A stretch of 63,113 bases of DNA, the filler included, from Stramenopiles sp. TOSAG23-3 (Eukaryota): assembly GCA_900128585.1 (NCBI GenBank). It is 42 parts of 42 records of this genome, joined end to end, with 100 filler letters (N's around TTAATTAATTAA, not from the genome) between each part and the next. Parts side by side here need not be neighbours in the genome. Positions count along the whole stretch, not along the records: positions 12,132 to 13,544 come from LT645888.1; positions 13,645 to 15,057 come from LT645889.1; positions 15,158 to 16,570 come from LT645890.1; positions 16,671 to 18,083 come from LT645891.1; positions 18,184 to 19,591 come from LT645892.1; positions 19,692 to 21,099 come from LT645893.1; positions 21,200 to 22,606 come from LT645894.1; positions 22,707 to 24,113 come from LT645895.1; 34 more parts are not named here. One strand, written 5' to 3'. The translations under genes and the position numbers were made by a program. This document shows, piece by piece, positions 12,541-23,325 of the stretch. The notes under the pieces are model-generated. The model made no database searches, was not told where the DNA came from, and worked only from the letters and a program-made list of their open reading frames with translations. Within the stretch, counting starts at the first letter, position 1. Every line of letters starts with the position of its first letter.

Positions 12541-13544
12541 ATGTCGACACTCAACGCCGAAGGACCCAGCGCAATTGTACCAGGGGAGAAGCACTTGGTA
12601 ACCAGGCACGACTTGGTGTTTGATCCAAGGATGGATAAATTATCCTTTAAAGACGGTAAATACAAGGTGGTATATGAAGGCATTGAAGATGTCGTGAAAA
12701 ATGAGAGGCGCACCATCCATAAGAGTACTCGCTACGGTCGCGACCCCGAAGAGTTCTCAGAGGTACTGGAGGTGCCCTTCCCTGTTGTCATGGAGGACTT
12801 TAACAGGAAGGGCGCAACCTATAGCTTCGTGGCAAAAAGCACGAACCGACATTTATTTCGGAGCAATCTCATCGTTTCCTACTTTCTTATTACGGTAGTA
12901 AATGAAAGAAAGTGGTTGGTTACCATTCGAATCAATATGCCTGGAGAGTTTACCCAAGACTCACTGCGCCCCGCATTGACTGACAGCAGCCACTCGCTTA
13001 ACCTATTCATGCGTGAGAACATTTACACCGAAACATTCGACGAAAACAACGAGGTCCATTTTCGGCACGACGAGCATGAATATTGCCAACGTTTCCTAGA
13101 GTTTTGGCGGGTGCTCAATGGGGAAGAGACCATCGAAGCAGTAGTAACCAGTGAACAGGTGGTTACCGGGACAGCGAAGAGGGGACCCGCCGCCAGAGGT
13201 AGGGCGACCACCCCTGTTGTTCGAACAGAGGTGCTTCATTTCCACACGAACCAGTTCACGAATAATGTCTCACGTCGCTGTTTCCAGGAACTTCAAACTG
13301 GTGGTGAGGAGCAGGTTTACCAGTTTCACGCCACTGGAAAATCAGACGAAGGGCTCTATGCCCCTAATACGATCGTGAACTACCTGTTCAAGGTCAAAAA
13401 TGTAAGATTTTCCCCGGGCAGTCCACCCGAGTGCGACGTGACCGTGCACAAGAGCCTTGCTTGTTGGGGTGACCGATCAAAAGGTGTCAAGCGCCAACGG
13501 AGAGAAATTTACCGTGCTGTCGTCTTGGCGGACGATGACGAAGA
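12541..13544 (+). CDS. Hypothetical protein with an apparent internal duplication, 3' partial
   Basis: ATG after an A-rich leader, over 330 codons open. Confidence 0.7.
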
Positions 13545-13644
13545 NNNNNNNNNNNNNNNNNNNNNNNNNNNNNNNNNNNNNNNNNNNNTTAATTAATTAA
13601 NNNNNNNNNNNNNNNNNNNNNNNNNNNNNNNNNNNNNNNNNNNN

Positions 13645-13720
13645 TTGTTCTTGAACTGACACCTTCTTTTTTCTTTAATTTTAATTACTATAAAATAACA
13701 GCCAATTTTTCTTGTTTTTA
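13645..13720 (+). repeat. Dispersed inverted-repeat family copy (module A plus arm)
   Basis: Near-identical to 3048-3118. Confidence 0.85.
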
Positions 13721-13805
13721 AACAAACAAACTAAAATTCAGATTAGAAAGTAAAAAACAAAATACATGTTTTAAATGTAAATTTAAATTAATGTTTAAAA
13801 TAAGT

Positions 13806-14675
13806 TTATTTCTTCTCGACCAACTTTCGCAAGTTAAGGCCTTGGAGAGACGCGTATTTTGGAACCACCGACAAGAAAGCTCTCCCTTTTATGACGGAAA
13901 GATTGATTGCCACCGAAGGTGCCTTTAACTGCGTTTTGTGCTTTTCGTCTACTAATTGCGCCAGCTTACATATTGAATTCCGCAGGGAGATGTCGTGGTT
14001 TCTACGCTTGTAAACGACCGCAAACGATGTTGGGGCCGCGCTGGAATCGAGCACTCCACTCAGGAGAGGCTTCAAGTGATTCATAAGATCACCATCGGTT
14101 ACATTACAGCACACTTGATAAGGCATGAGACGCACTAAAAATCGGGATTTTTGAACCTTTTTGGTCTGCATGTCTTGGCAAATTTTTACACAAAGTTCTA
14201 CTGGGTTCAGCTCTTCGTCAGCGCACATGATAAGAATGAGCCCTGTCGCACCGCTATCAGTTTTGTAGAATCGTCGATATTTTCTCGATTTTAAAACAGC
14301 AATTTCCTCTGATAATAGTTCGGCAATACTCTTCTCCTCCCCTTTATCATTTGTTGGGGATACCTCCGGAACGGGCTGCGGAAAATATTCATCGGCGTAT
14401 TCGTTCAAAACATTATACGCCTCTCTAACCGCCTCCCGTTGTCTATGGGGGTCACACGTGAACAAAAAGCCTTTACTTCCCAATAGTTTCAACGGCTGAA
14501 ATTTATTCTCACTCGCTTTCTCCACGCCTTGTGTTTTAACCTCATGACCGTTTCGCTTACGCCTCCAAATGTTTTTCTTCGCCCACCCCTTTCCAGACTT
14601 TTTCTTACTTTTTGCAATTGACGCCGACGCCGCCCCGCTGGAGTCCAGCTTTCGCTTTTTCGAATTACTTTTCAT
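13806..14675 (-). CDS. THUMPD1: THUMP-domain protein 1 (Tan1-like tRNA acetylation adaptor)
   Basis: GFLFTC..REAVREAYNVLNEY, SRFLVRLMP, FAVVYKRRN, HKTQLKAP; start placed at the first in-frame ATG. Confidence 0.9.
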   Translation of the reverse strand: MKSNSKKRKLDSSGAASASIAKSKKKSGKGWAKKNIWRRKRNGHEVKTQGVEKASENKFQPLKLLGSKGFLFTCDPHRQREAVREAYNVLNEYADEYFPQPVPEVSPTNDKGEEKSIAELLSEEIAVLKSRKYRRFYKTDSGATGLILIMCADEELNPVELCVKICQDMQTKKVQKSRFLVRLMPYQVCCNVTDGDLMNHLKPLLSGVLDSSAAPTSFAVVYKRRNHDISLRNSICKLAQLVDEKHKTQLKAPSVAINLSVIKGRAFLSVVPKYASLQGLNLRKLVEKK

Positions 14676-14990
14676 AGGACTTGCCCTCAAAAACAACGAC
14701 AATGAAGATATTAGGTTGTCCTACATTCGTTAAATGAGGGTTTTCTAAATTTGTACGACTGAATTTTCTTTATTTTAATGAATGAACAAAGAATCAATCA
14801 ATGTTACATTTTAATCAAATCTCTTTCTCTCTCTTTTCACTCGATCGTCGTTGGACTGGGTGGTGGACGACGACGGGGGGAGGATGATGATTTATTATAT
14901 TGGGTAGTAAGTAGTAAGTATGAGAGGGAAGGGAAATAATTATTAAATAAATTATCCATCCTATTATCCTACTATTACCGGTACAACACC

Positions 14991-15057
14991 TCTTCTTCTT
15001 TCTTCTTTCTTCTTTCTTCTTTCTTCTTTCTTCTTTCTTCTTTCTTCTTTCTTCTTT
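14991..15057 (+). repeat. (TTCTTTC)n simple repeat
   Basis: Visible tandem 7-mer at the contig end. Confidence 0.9.
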
Positions 15058-15157
15058 NNNNNNNNNNNNNNNNNNNNNNNNNNNNNNNNNNNNNNNNNNN
15101 NTTAATTAATTAANNNNNNNNNNNNNNNNNNNNNNNNNNNNNNNNNNNNNNNNNNNN

Positions 15158-15293
15158 AAAGAAGAAAGAAGAAAGAAGAAGAAAGAAGAAGAAAGAAGAA
15201 GAAAGAAGAAAGAAGAAAGAAGAAGAAAGAAGAAGAAAGAAGAAGAAAGAAGAAAGAAGAAGAAGAAGAAAGAAGAAAGAAGAAGAAAGAAGA
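15158..15293 (+). repeat. (AAG/AAGA)n purine microsatellite
   Basis: Visible. Confidence 0.9.
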
Positions 15294-15715
15294 TAATTCA
15301 TCATATATTTTATTATAAAATATCACATCATCAAGAAGAGAAGAAAAAGATATAATAATAATACTACACTACAGCAGAGAGAGGAGGAAGAAATAAAAGA
15401 AGATAGAAGAAGAAGACGAAGAAAATATAAAATATTATTATTATTATTATTACTGTAGTCTCTAGTCGTCGTCTCTATTATTATTATTATTTTGATTGTT
15501 GAAAAAAGGAATTATTTTATATGTTATATACAATATAAAAAGAAACAGACACACATATAGAAAGAGAGAAAGAAACACACACACACATACACACACACAC
15601 ACACACACACAGAGAGAGAGCATCTCTACGTATGTTAGAGGTTTGTGGGTTGCACCGGTGTAGGTAAAGTTGTACAGTTAGTTAGTACTTTATATACACT
15701 TCCCCCTGAAGGTGC

Positions 15716-16570
15716 ATGAGCTCGTCGTCGGACGCTCAGTCGACAGTGCCGCGGTCCAGTGCCGGGGCGCCGCGGGAGCCAGGCGCAGCGTACGTTAAGG
15801 ACCAGGTCGTCATAGAAAATAACAATACATTAAACGGGGACTCCCCAGGGAGTGATGTAGAAAATAAATTTTATTCTCGGCAGGGGAACAATATGAACCC
15901 GGCAGGAGGCCGTCGGCCGGTGGGGACCTTGGCGCCCGAGGGGGTCGGGGGACAGGGTGGGTCATACCTGCACGGCAGCGTTCAGAGTCCCGCAGACTCC
16001 GAAACCAGCGTAGCGCACTTGATTTCCAGCGACAGCGACAGCGAAGACGAGGACAACGGAGACAACAACGACAGCGGGGACGAGGAGGGGACCCTGTCCA
16101 ACGAGGACTACGCCAGGAGTGGGCGGCGACGGAACTCGCGGCGGGATAGAAAAAACGGCAAAGTGGACGACGAGGACGACGCCCCTGCGGGGGTGTCGTC
16201 CGGGCGGAACCGCAGGCGGCACCCGCACGGCACGAGCGGCGGCACCACGAGCGGCGGCGGCACCAGCAGCAGTAGAAACCATGGCATGGCACAGGGCGGG
16301 CCAGCACCCGGGAGCGGGGGGGGGCAAGCCTCCGTCCACCACACCACCAAAGATAAAACGGCACGGCCAAAACAATATAATGGGTCTGACCTTGGGGGGC
16401 CCGACGAACTTAATGGTCTCCCCGGAGGTGTTGGGGCGCCTCAGACGGGTGCAGGAGAAGGAGGACGAGGGCCGCTATTCCCAGAGCAGTGCGAGCGAGT
16501 ACATGTCCGGTTGGGGTGGGGAAACCGACGAAACCGCGACCACCGACGATTCGAGTGCCGGGGAAGAGGA
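15716..16570 (+). CDS. Low-complexity, probably disordered protein N-terminus; likely frame change near the G9 run at 16316-16324
   Basis: ATG follows AT-rich DNA; acidic and Gly/Ser tracts; the frame with GC-rich third positions switches near the G run. Confidence 0.6.
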
Positions 16571-16670
16571 NNNNNNNNNNNNNNNNNNNNNNNNNNNNNN
16601 NNNNNNNNNNNNNNTTAATTAATTAANNNNNNNNNNNNNNNNNNNNNNNNNNNNNNNNNNNNNNNNNNNN

Positions 16671-18083
16671 TTCGGTTTTGCGCGACTTCATGATGATCTC
16701 TTTGAGCTCCATCTCCTTGTGTAAGTCGTCCAAAAACACGCCCGCATCTTTAATCAACTCCTCCTTCTTATGGGTCACCCAAGAGCTGTTCAGCATGCTG
16801 AGATCGTCGGGTTGCCCTCGACTGGAGGATGACAGGGTGCGGGGGCGATTGCTAGTGTGGCTGTGGCCGTCCGGGTCTTTCTCCTCGCCCTTGGACTTGG
16901 GCACGGCCGCATTCAAAAGGGCAAGCCTATTTTGCTTCAGCGCTACTTTTGTTTGGTGTTTGATGTGCTGCCGTGTCACAACTTTTTCTTCGTTCCCGTC
17001 CGTTGGTTTCACAGGTGGAAAGACCCCTTCAATGACTATCGAGGAAGTTCTTTTTCTTTTGTTCTTACGGTGGCCGTGGGGCGGCCGATCTGGAAGGTTC
17101 CCCGAGTCGGTCAACTCCGCCAATTGATCCATCTCGTCCTCTTCCTCCTCGTGCAAAACGAGATTGTCCGTTACGTGCTTGACCCACTCTGGCTGGTCGT
17201 CGAATCGTGCCCCTGCGTCGGAGTCGCTCTCGGACATTTCATGTGCTCCATCGTCGTGGCTGTCACTCTCGGGGCCCACTTTCGCAGTAACCCGAAGGTC
17301 TTGGTTGTGGAGATGGTTGTTGTCCAAGCAGAGCAAAGAGTACAATGAGGCCCCCGCGGGGACGTTGTCTTTGCTGTTTAACTTGGAGGCTATATGAGAG
17401 TTCATTGTGCCCATCATCCGGGTAGACAGCCGCCTGGTCTTCACTTCTTTGTCAGTTTTCTTATCCTCCTCCCCAACGTTCGCTTTGCCTGCAGACGCGC
17501 TAAGGCTTTGAAACGTTGCGAGTTCTTTCGCGAACTTTCTGTGGGCTTGAAAAATGTCGACCTCGTTCTTCTCCTTTTCTGGGATGTTCTGCTCCAGGAC
17601 CTCGTTTTTAATCTGCTTGACGGAAGCCAAGACCAATTCTATTTTCTGAACCATCCTATCGAACAGTATTTCTTCCTCTGGCTTCTGCGCCGGCTTCTTG
17701 CTCTTTATTTGTTTCTCGTTGCCCCACAAAACTGCAGAGAACACCCCCTTTCCCATGCCACGAAAAGTGCTTTGCTTCCTCAAGTATGCCATCCTCGACT
17801 TCGATGGCGCCTTTCTGCTTTTAGGCTGAGGCGAGCCTGGAGGCCCGTTTGCTTCTCGGCTGCCCCCACCTATCCCCTTTTTGTCACCCCAAGATACTGC
17901 AGAAAGCACCCCTTTGCCCATTCCCCTGAAAGTGCTCCCTTTCCTTGAAAACTGTTGGGACACGCTTCTTTTTCTAAGCGGCGCTTGCTGCTTTGCATCG
18001 TCGCTATCGTCGCTGCTAGAGTCGTCATCGTCCGTGTTCTTGCCTTCTGCATTTCCAGTGTTGCCCTGCTGTTTGTCTAGTTT
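16671..18083 (-). CDS. Hypothetical charged or coiled-coil protein, internal fragment
   Basis: Whole contig open in one minus-strand frame; contains a duplicated 20-aa motif. Confidence 0.75.
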
Positions 18084-18321
18084 NNNNNNNNNNNNNNNNN
18101 NNNNNNNNNNNNNNNNNNNNNNNNNNNTTAATTAATTAANNNNNNNNNNNNNNNNNNNNNNNNNNNNNNNNNNNNNNNNNNNNATGTAAAAGAAACGCCT
18201 TAAACAATTAAGGATTATACATACTTATATACTATTTTCGAATTCGAAATGGAATGAATAAAAAATACGTACGTGGTCGCAATCCCTAGCGTGATACAAT
18301 GAACAATTCTACCGCACATAT

Positions 18322-19134
18322 CTATACGGCGTAGAACAATATATATGGGTGTACGCTTGATTTGGGCAACCCATTCAATTCCGTGATAAAGTTATCGTTC
18401 GCCATGATCCAAGTTCCATTCTTTCTTCGGCAGGCGGCGGTGTAGTGTCCCCCACCGGTGCCTCCAGTGTGGTTGACCATCGCGCACAGCTTGTACTCCT
18501 TGTTGTTTACGTTCAGCGTAGCGTTCAGCTTCACTGGCGTGGAATTTTTCCTCAAGCCAGTGAAACGCTTTAAATGGACGACGATAATGTCGGCGGATTC
18601 CACTATGCGGAGTTCCTTGGTGGACGGCTGCTTTTTCCCGCACGATTCGCACTCTATCGGGTCATCTATTGTTTCTTCTGAGCAGAACGATTCTAGCATA
18701 TCACGAACCGTCGGCTGCTGCTTTGGTATTTCTAGGGACAGCGAGATGAAGGGCGCCTTCGTGACAGACTGGTGGTTGCATATCGTGCACTCTATGGTAG
18801 ACTGTAGGGTCCCCTGAAACGGATTCTTGTATTGCTTATGGTCCGTGTAGAATGAATCTATGAGGTATTGGTACAGTTCGTGGCTGTCGCACTGTCGAAG
18901 AAGTCTAAATTCTGAGTTGGTAACTGCTAGGGTCTGTACAAATGCGTTTAGCATGTGCTTGGATGCGCCGGAGTAGAGCAGCTCAATGAAATACTTCATC
19001 AGCGGCGTATCCTTTATGGTGTTGTGTTCTCTCAATTGAAACACGAATGCTTTGGAATATCGAAGGCATTGCAACACGGACGCTATGTAGCAAGTATTGC
19101 CTAGGTTAGGAATACCTTTTCCTAGAGTTTCCAT
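18322..19134 (-). CDS. Minimal ubiquitin-specific protease (peptidase C19), complete, 270 aa
   Basis: Cys box GIPNLGNTCYIASVLQCL, QCDSHE, two CxxC pairs, HLKRF, His box NHTG..GGHYTA, ND, YILFY. Confidence 0.93.
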   Translation of the reverse strand: METLGKGIPNLGNTCYIASVLQCLRYSKAFVFQLREHNTIKDTPLMKYFIELLYSGASKHMLNAFVQTLAVTNSEFRLLRQCDSHELYQYLIDSFYTDHKQYKNPFQGTLQSTIECTICNHQSVTKAPFISLSLEIPKQQPTVRDMLESFCSEETIDDPIECESCGKKQPSTKELRIVESADIIVVHLKRFTGLRKNSTPVKLNATLNVNNKEYKLCAMVNHTGGTGGGHYTAACRRKNGTWIMANDNFITELNGLPKSSVHPYILFYAV

Positions 19135-19161
19135 TTAGTACGTAAGTTTTTCGTATATATA

Positions 19162-19590
19162 CTACAAGACGACCCGTGCAGTTTCCATTTCACAGCTGCG
19201 TTTCAATGATGCTGGAGTCTCTATATTGATTTCGACGCTCTCGCGTATCGCCTTAAGAATATTGTTTTTCGTTTGGGTAAAGGACGGCTTTGAGATACCG
19301 TACATGTCCAATGTGTTGGCTTCTGGCAAAGCGCTCTCTAGGTAGCGGGATTTTTCCATGATGACGACTCCGTTCATGGCAAGCCGAGACTTCATGATGT
19401 ACAGGCACGACGGAACGAACGTTTTGAAGGAGAACAACGAGGGCATCTCCATTCCTAGCTGAGTCTTCAGTAGGACCATCTTCCAGTAGCCAATCAGTAG
19501 TCTAGTGTTCTTAAGCGTCTTTCGTAAATTCCTCCGTTTCACTTTTATATACGTTCTGTGAAAACTATTGATATTGTACGTGTCCGGAAA
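19162..19590 (-). CDS. Hypothetical protein, probably 5' partial, ending 27 nt before the USP start
   Basis: Frame open to the contig edge (FPDTYNINSFHRTYIKVKRR..). Confidence 0.65.
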   Translation of the reverse strand, partial: FPDTYNINSFHRTYIKVKRRNLRKTLKNTRLLIGYWKMVLLKTQLGMEMPSLFSFKTFVPSCLYIMKSRLAMNGVVIMEKSRYLESALPEANTLDMYGISKPSFTQTKNNILKAIRESVEINIETPASLKRSCEMETARVVL

Positions 19591-19691
19591 ANNNNNNNNN
19601 NNNNNNNNNNNNNNNNNNNNNNNNNNNNNNNNNNNTTAATTAATTAANNNNNNNNNNNNNNNNNNNNNNNNNNNNNNNNNNNNNNNNNNNN

Positions 19692-21083
19692 CGATCCACG
19701 TACACCTCACGGACGCTTGCGCGGCTGTGCAGCAAATCCTACACATTGGCCCACCTCTGTCGAAGCGAGTCACGCGCGCACAAACTCCATCTCGTCGGCG
19801 AGCAACTCGGTGGGAAAACAGACATGGCGACAATTCTCCCGGACGCGCTCAAGATCTTTACCAACACGATGGATATTTGGAGATCCGATAAATGCGACGA
19901 CACGGCATATTTTTCGCACTACGAAGACCTTTTAGAGGATATGAGTTCATTCATAAACAAGCATCAGGAACATACAATGTTCTACAGCAACGCCAATCTG
20001 GCCAAGTTGACTTTTCGCCAGACAGCACGACTGTACGTTGATATTCAGTCGCTACTTGCGATAATGTCCAAGCGCCAAGCAAAACTGAACGAACTCGCTG
20101 GAAATTGCGATCCGTCAACCACGAATAAAGACAACGCGCTGCGTGTCAATGAGATCATTGGTGCCTCGGGGAATATCGGTGGCGGTTTCGTGCCTCTGGT
20201 GGGTAAGGTATCTCTGTACAGCTATGAAATTTTCAAGGTCTTTGTCAAGGATCTGAAAATTTACGAAAAACTTCGCAATCGGTACTTTCCCCTGGACAAC
20301 TCAAAAGAAGCTCGTGCCCGTCGCTTGATTTCTGTTGTATCAATGATCATGGACAACCTGAGGCTAATGGAGGCGAGAATGAAGCTGCTCGTTAACCTGT
20401 ACCGCAACAACAAGTACTCCACTTTGGTCATGAGTGAAGAAACTTGCGTCTTGCCAAGTGACAAGATCGGGGAATCTTGCATAACGCAAGAGCAGGAGGC
20501 AACCGCCGCCCGTGTCCACATTGTAGCGCTCGTGTTACAAGGTAGCGAGGGGTGGAAGGTTCCAATCGAGAATGCGCTCCCGATAAAAAAGAAAGAGGAA
20601 GCTAAGCTTTCACGACAGTCTTGGTTTGACTGGACGGATGAGGAGAAACAACTGTTTTATCTGGGCGTAGCATACGGGATTACCAGCCAACTGCTCTTGA
20701 CAAACATTGGGGAAGAGGCCGTTTGTGACGATTCTGAGATTACGGCTGTTCAATTGGCTCAGTGCGTTGAAAAGGTGTTTTGGACCAGGGTCGAGACCGC
20801 TGGAGGGGAAAAACCAGAGGATATTACGCTCGAGGGCACTTGTGAAGACCTTACCACTGTTCAGGAGAAGAATTGCCTCAAGGATTTTGAGTGGCGGAAA
20901 CCCAAGGGAGAAGTCGACTGGTGGGATTTGCATATGAAATGGAAGGAAAAAGACGCCCCTAAACTCATGTACTGGCCTGATTTCGTGGTACTCCCCAACA
21001 CTGTTCTCAACACATTAATTTACCACAAAGGCGCAACGCAGGCCCAGTTTCACGAGTTACTAGCCAAAGCGGACAACTTATGA
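19692..21083 (+). CDS. Hypothetical alpha-helical protein, 5' partial
   Basis: About 460 codons open from the contig start. Confidence 0.75.
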   Translation, partial: RSTYTSRTLARLCSKSYTLAHLCRSESRAHKLHLVGEQLGGKTDMATILPDALKIFTNTMDIWRSDKCDDTAYFSHYEDLLEDMSSFINKHQEHTMFYSNANLAKLTFRQTARLYVDIQSLLAIMSKRQAKLNELAGNCDPSTTNKDNALRVNEIIGASGNIGGGFVPLVGKVSLYSYEIFKVFVKDLKIYEKLRNRYFPLDNSKEARARRLISVVSMIMDNLRLMEARMKLLVNLYRNNKYSTLVMSEETCVLPSDKIGESCITQEQEATAARVHIVALVLQGSEGWKVPIENALPIKKKEEAKLSRQSWFDWTDEEKQLFYLGVAYGITSQLLLTNIGEEAVCDDSEITAVQLAQCVEKVFWTRVETAGGEKPEDITLEGTCEDLTTVQEKNCLKDFEWRKPKGEVDWWDLHMKWKEKDAPKLMYWPDFVVLPNTVLNTLIYHKGATQAQFHELLAKADNL

Positions 21084-21199
21084 TGGATAAATGGGCAGTN
21101 NNNNNNNNNNNNNNNNNNNNNNNNNNNNNNNNNNNNNNNNNNNTTAATTAATTAANNNNNNNNNNNNNNNNNNNNNNNNNNNNNNNNNNNNNNNNNNNN

Positions 21200-21528
21200 A
21201 CAAAAACACGGTCCCTGGCGACAAGAGTGCACTGGTTCCGAGCGGTATCAGAATGGGCGTGCCGGCCTTAACGTCACGGGGGTTTGTGGAGGATGACTTT
21301 GCTCAAGTGGCTGAGCTGTTCGACCGCGGGGTTGCGTTGGCAAATGAAATCAAGGGGTCCTTGTCGAGCAAGAAGTTGAAGGATTTCAAGGCTGCGCTGC
21401 CGGATGACCACGACCATGCGGGGGTCAAAGCGTTGCGACACGACGTGGCGGCGTTCGCGTCACAATTTCCTGCGGTCGGCCTGGCGAATGAGAATTTGCC
21501 GGAAGGGGTCAAGCCGTTCCAGGTCTAA
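21200..21528 (+). CDS. SHMT: Serine hydroxymethyltransferase, C-terminal fragment
   Basis: KNTVPGDKSALVPSGIRMGVPALTSRGF..FASQFPAVG. Confidence 0.95.
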
Positions 21529-21970
21529 GGGGAGGGAAAGGAACGAGTGAGAGTGGGATCAGAAGTCCAAATAAACGCAGCAGCAGAGATACCAGATCAA
21601 AGATGTCACAGGTCGGTCGCGGGTCGCGGTCGGTCAATTGGTGTCTGTGTGTTGATGTCATGTTGATCGCATTATATAGGTGAACATAATGTATTCTATG
21701 TATTATATAAGTACATGATATGGTTCTTTCGGAAGCATTGAAAAAAAATTAATAATATTTTTTTTTATTTTTTTTTATTTTTTGCTTCCCCCCAACAATG
21801 TAATATTAAAAAAGTATATGATATAGCTTCAACACAAATATTTTTATTATATGCTTGAGTAAGAAAAACCAAAATGCATAGTAGTACCATTATGTGCTTT
21901 AAAACTGTAAAAGCGAGGAACGTTGTACACCCGGAAGCCCAAACTTATAGTCGTTTCGGGCACCCATATC

Positions 21971-22606
21971 TCAGATCTCGGGCGGGCCACCCATGTTTGG
22001 TGGCACACGGAGGAGAAACAGGTCCGTGCTCGACGAGAGCGACGGTTCGTCGTACAGCCCCGCCTTGGTCCGTTTGGAGGTCTTGACTTGTGTCTTCACG
22101 GCGAGCAAGTGCTGCTCCAATGCATCTAATTTATCAAGTTTCGCATTTGTCAGGGCCTCTTGTTGCTGCACAAAGTGCGAGGGCGTGCGAACTCTAGGGA
22201 CACCGCGGGCCATAGAAAGCTTGTCTTTGTACCGCCGATTCCGCATCCTCAAGTTCTCCCCGCGAAGCACGGTTTCTTTCAGTTTCTGTACATTGCGCAG
22301 GTGGCACTGGGTGTCCTGCTCCAGGCGCCGGGTACTATTTTTTGACTCTTTTATGTAGCCCTGGATATAGTCGTCATCCACCTCTAACGGTTTGGCCATC
22401 TCTGACTCTACTACTTCTTGCATCCACTGCGACTTTTCCTCCAGAACCTGCCGGGTGTCCAGCATGCTCGCTTCGTCTAGTGTCTTGAAACGCTTGGAGT
22501 CGGCTAAGATCTGACGCATTTTTGCACCAGTCTGCACCTTCCTCCAGCGGAGGAACATAAGCTGTTGCTGAAGTTGCAACATTTTCTTCTCGCTCTCTTG
22601 CTTAAT
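21971..22606 (-). CDS. Coiled-coil hypothetical protein, 5' partial
   Basis: Frame open from the contig edge; E/K/Q/R-rich. Confidence 0.6.
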   Translation of the reverse strand: MKQESEKKMLQLQQQLMFLRWRKVQTGAKMRQILADSKRFKTLDEASMLDTRQVLEEKSQWMQEVVESEMAKPLEVDDDYIQGYIKESKNSTRRLEQDTQCHLRNVQKLKETVLRGENLRMRNRRYKDKLSMARGVPRVRTPSHFVQQQEALTNAKLDKLDALEQHLLAVKTQVKTSKRTKAGLYDEPSLSSSTDLFLLRVPPNMGGPPEI

Positions 22607-22706
22607 NNNNNNNNNNNNNNNNNNNNNNNNNNNNNNNNNNNNNNNNNNNNTTAATTAATTAANNNNNNNNNNNNNNNNNNNNNNNNNNNNNNNNNNNNNN
22701 NNNNNN

Positions 22707-22787
22707 TAGAATGTCTAAATCTAGATTTCAGTTCGCAGTACATTAATTTTAATTACTTAAATAACAGCCAATTTTCTTGTTTTTTTT
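22707..22787 (+). repeat. Dispersed repeat copy (module C plus arm)
   Basis: GAATGTCTAAATCTAGATTTCAGTTCGCAGTACATTAATTTTAATTACTTAAATAACAGCCAATTTTCTTG. Confidence 0.85.
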
Positions 22788-23237
22788 AATATATAATATG
22801 ACCTGATATATTTACGTCATCCTTCATCTATTAATGTGTCCCTTATTTAAATTAAGAGATAAGTTTTAATAATTTGTGCCCCCGACACCTCAACTCACAA
22901 GGGACAAATTCCTTGACTGATTTACAAGACAGAAAACGAGCGCTTTCAAAACATTTGTGCCGCTGCTTCAAAAATCACACAAAGGTCTGATGTATCTATG
23001 AGCGAGACATTGGGAGAAGAACTTGTTGACTAAGGGTCATTTGACATCGTCGCAAACCCAAATACCCATTCGGATCATGCATGGAGTACATCAGAGGATG
23101 ATAGTCTAGACTAAGTGACAAGATTAAATTGCTTAGTAAAAACACAGGAGCAGAGATACGTTCGCAATTTCTGAACGAAAGTATACATTTAATGGGTAGA
23201 AGGAGCAGATTCACATTTGCTGTACACGAAGAAGATA

Positions 23238-23325
23238 AATTTTAATTACTTAAATAACAGCCATTATTTTGTTTTTTAATTTTAGAAGAGCAAGAAAATT
23301 GGCTGTTATCTAAGTAATTAAAATT
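23238..23325. repeat. Palindromic (arm-spacer-inverted arm) copy of the repeat, MITE-like
   Basis: 23238-23263 and 23300-23325 are 26-nt inverted repeats with one mismatch. Confidence 0.85.

Noticed and set aside
22745-22770. TACTTAAATAACAG as a branch point and acceptor of an introner-type intron
   Set aside because: The following sequence is T-rich and non-coding, and no copy interrupts an ORF
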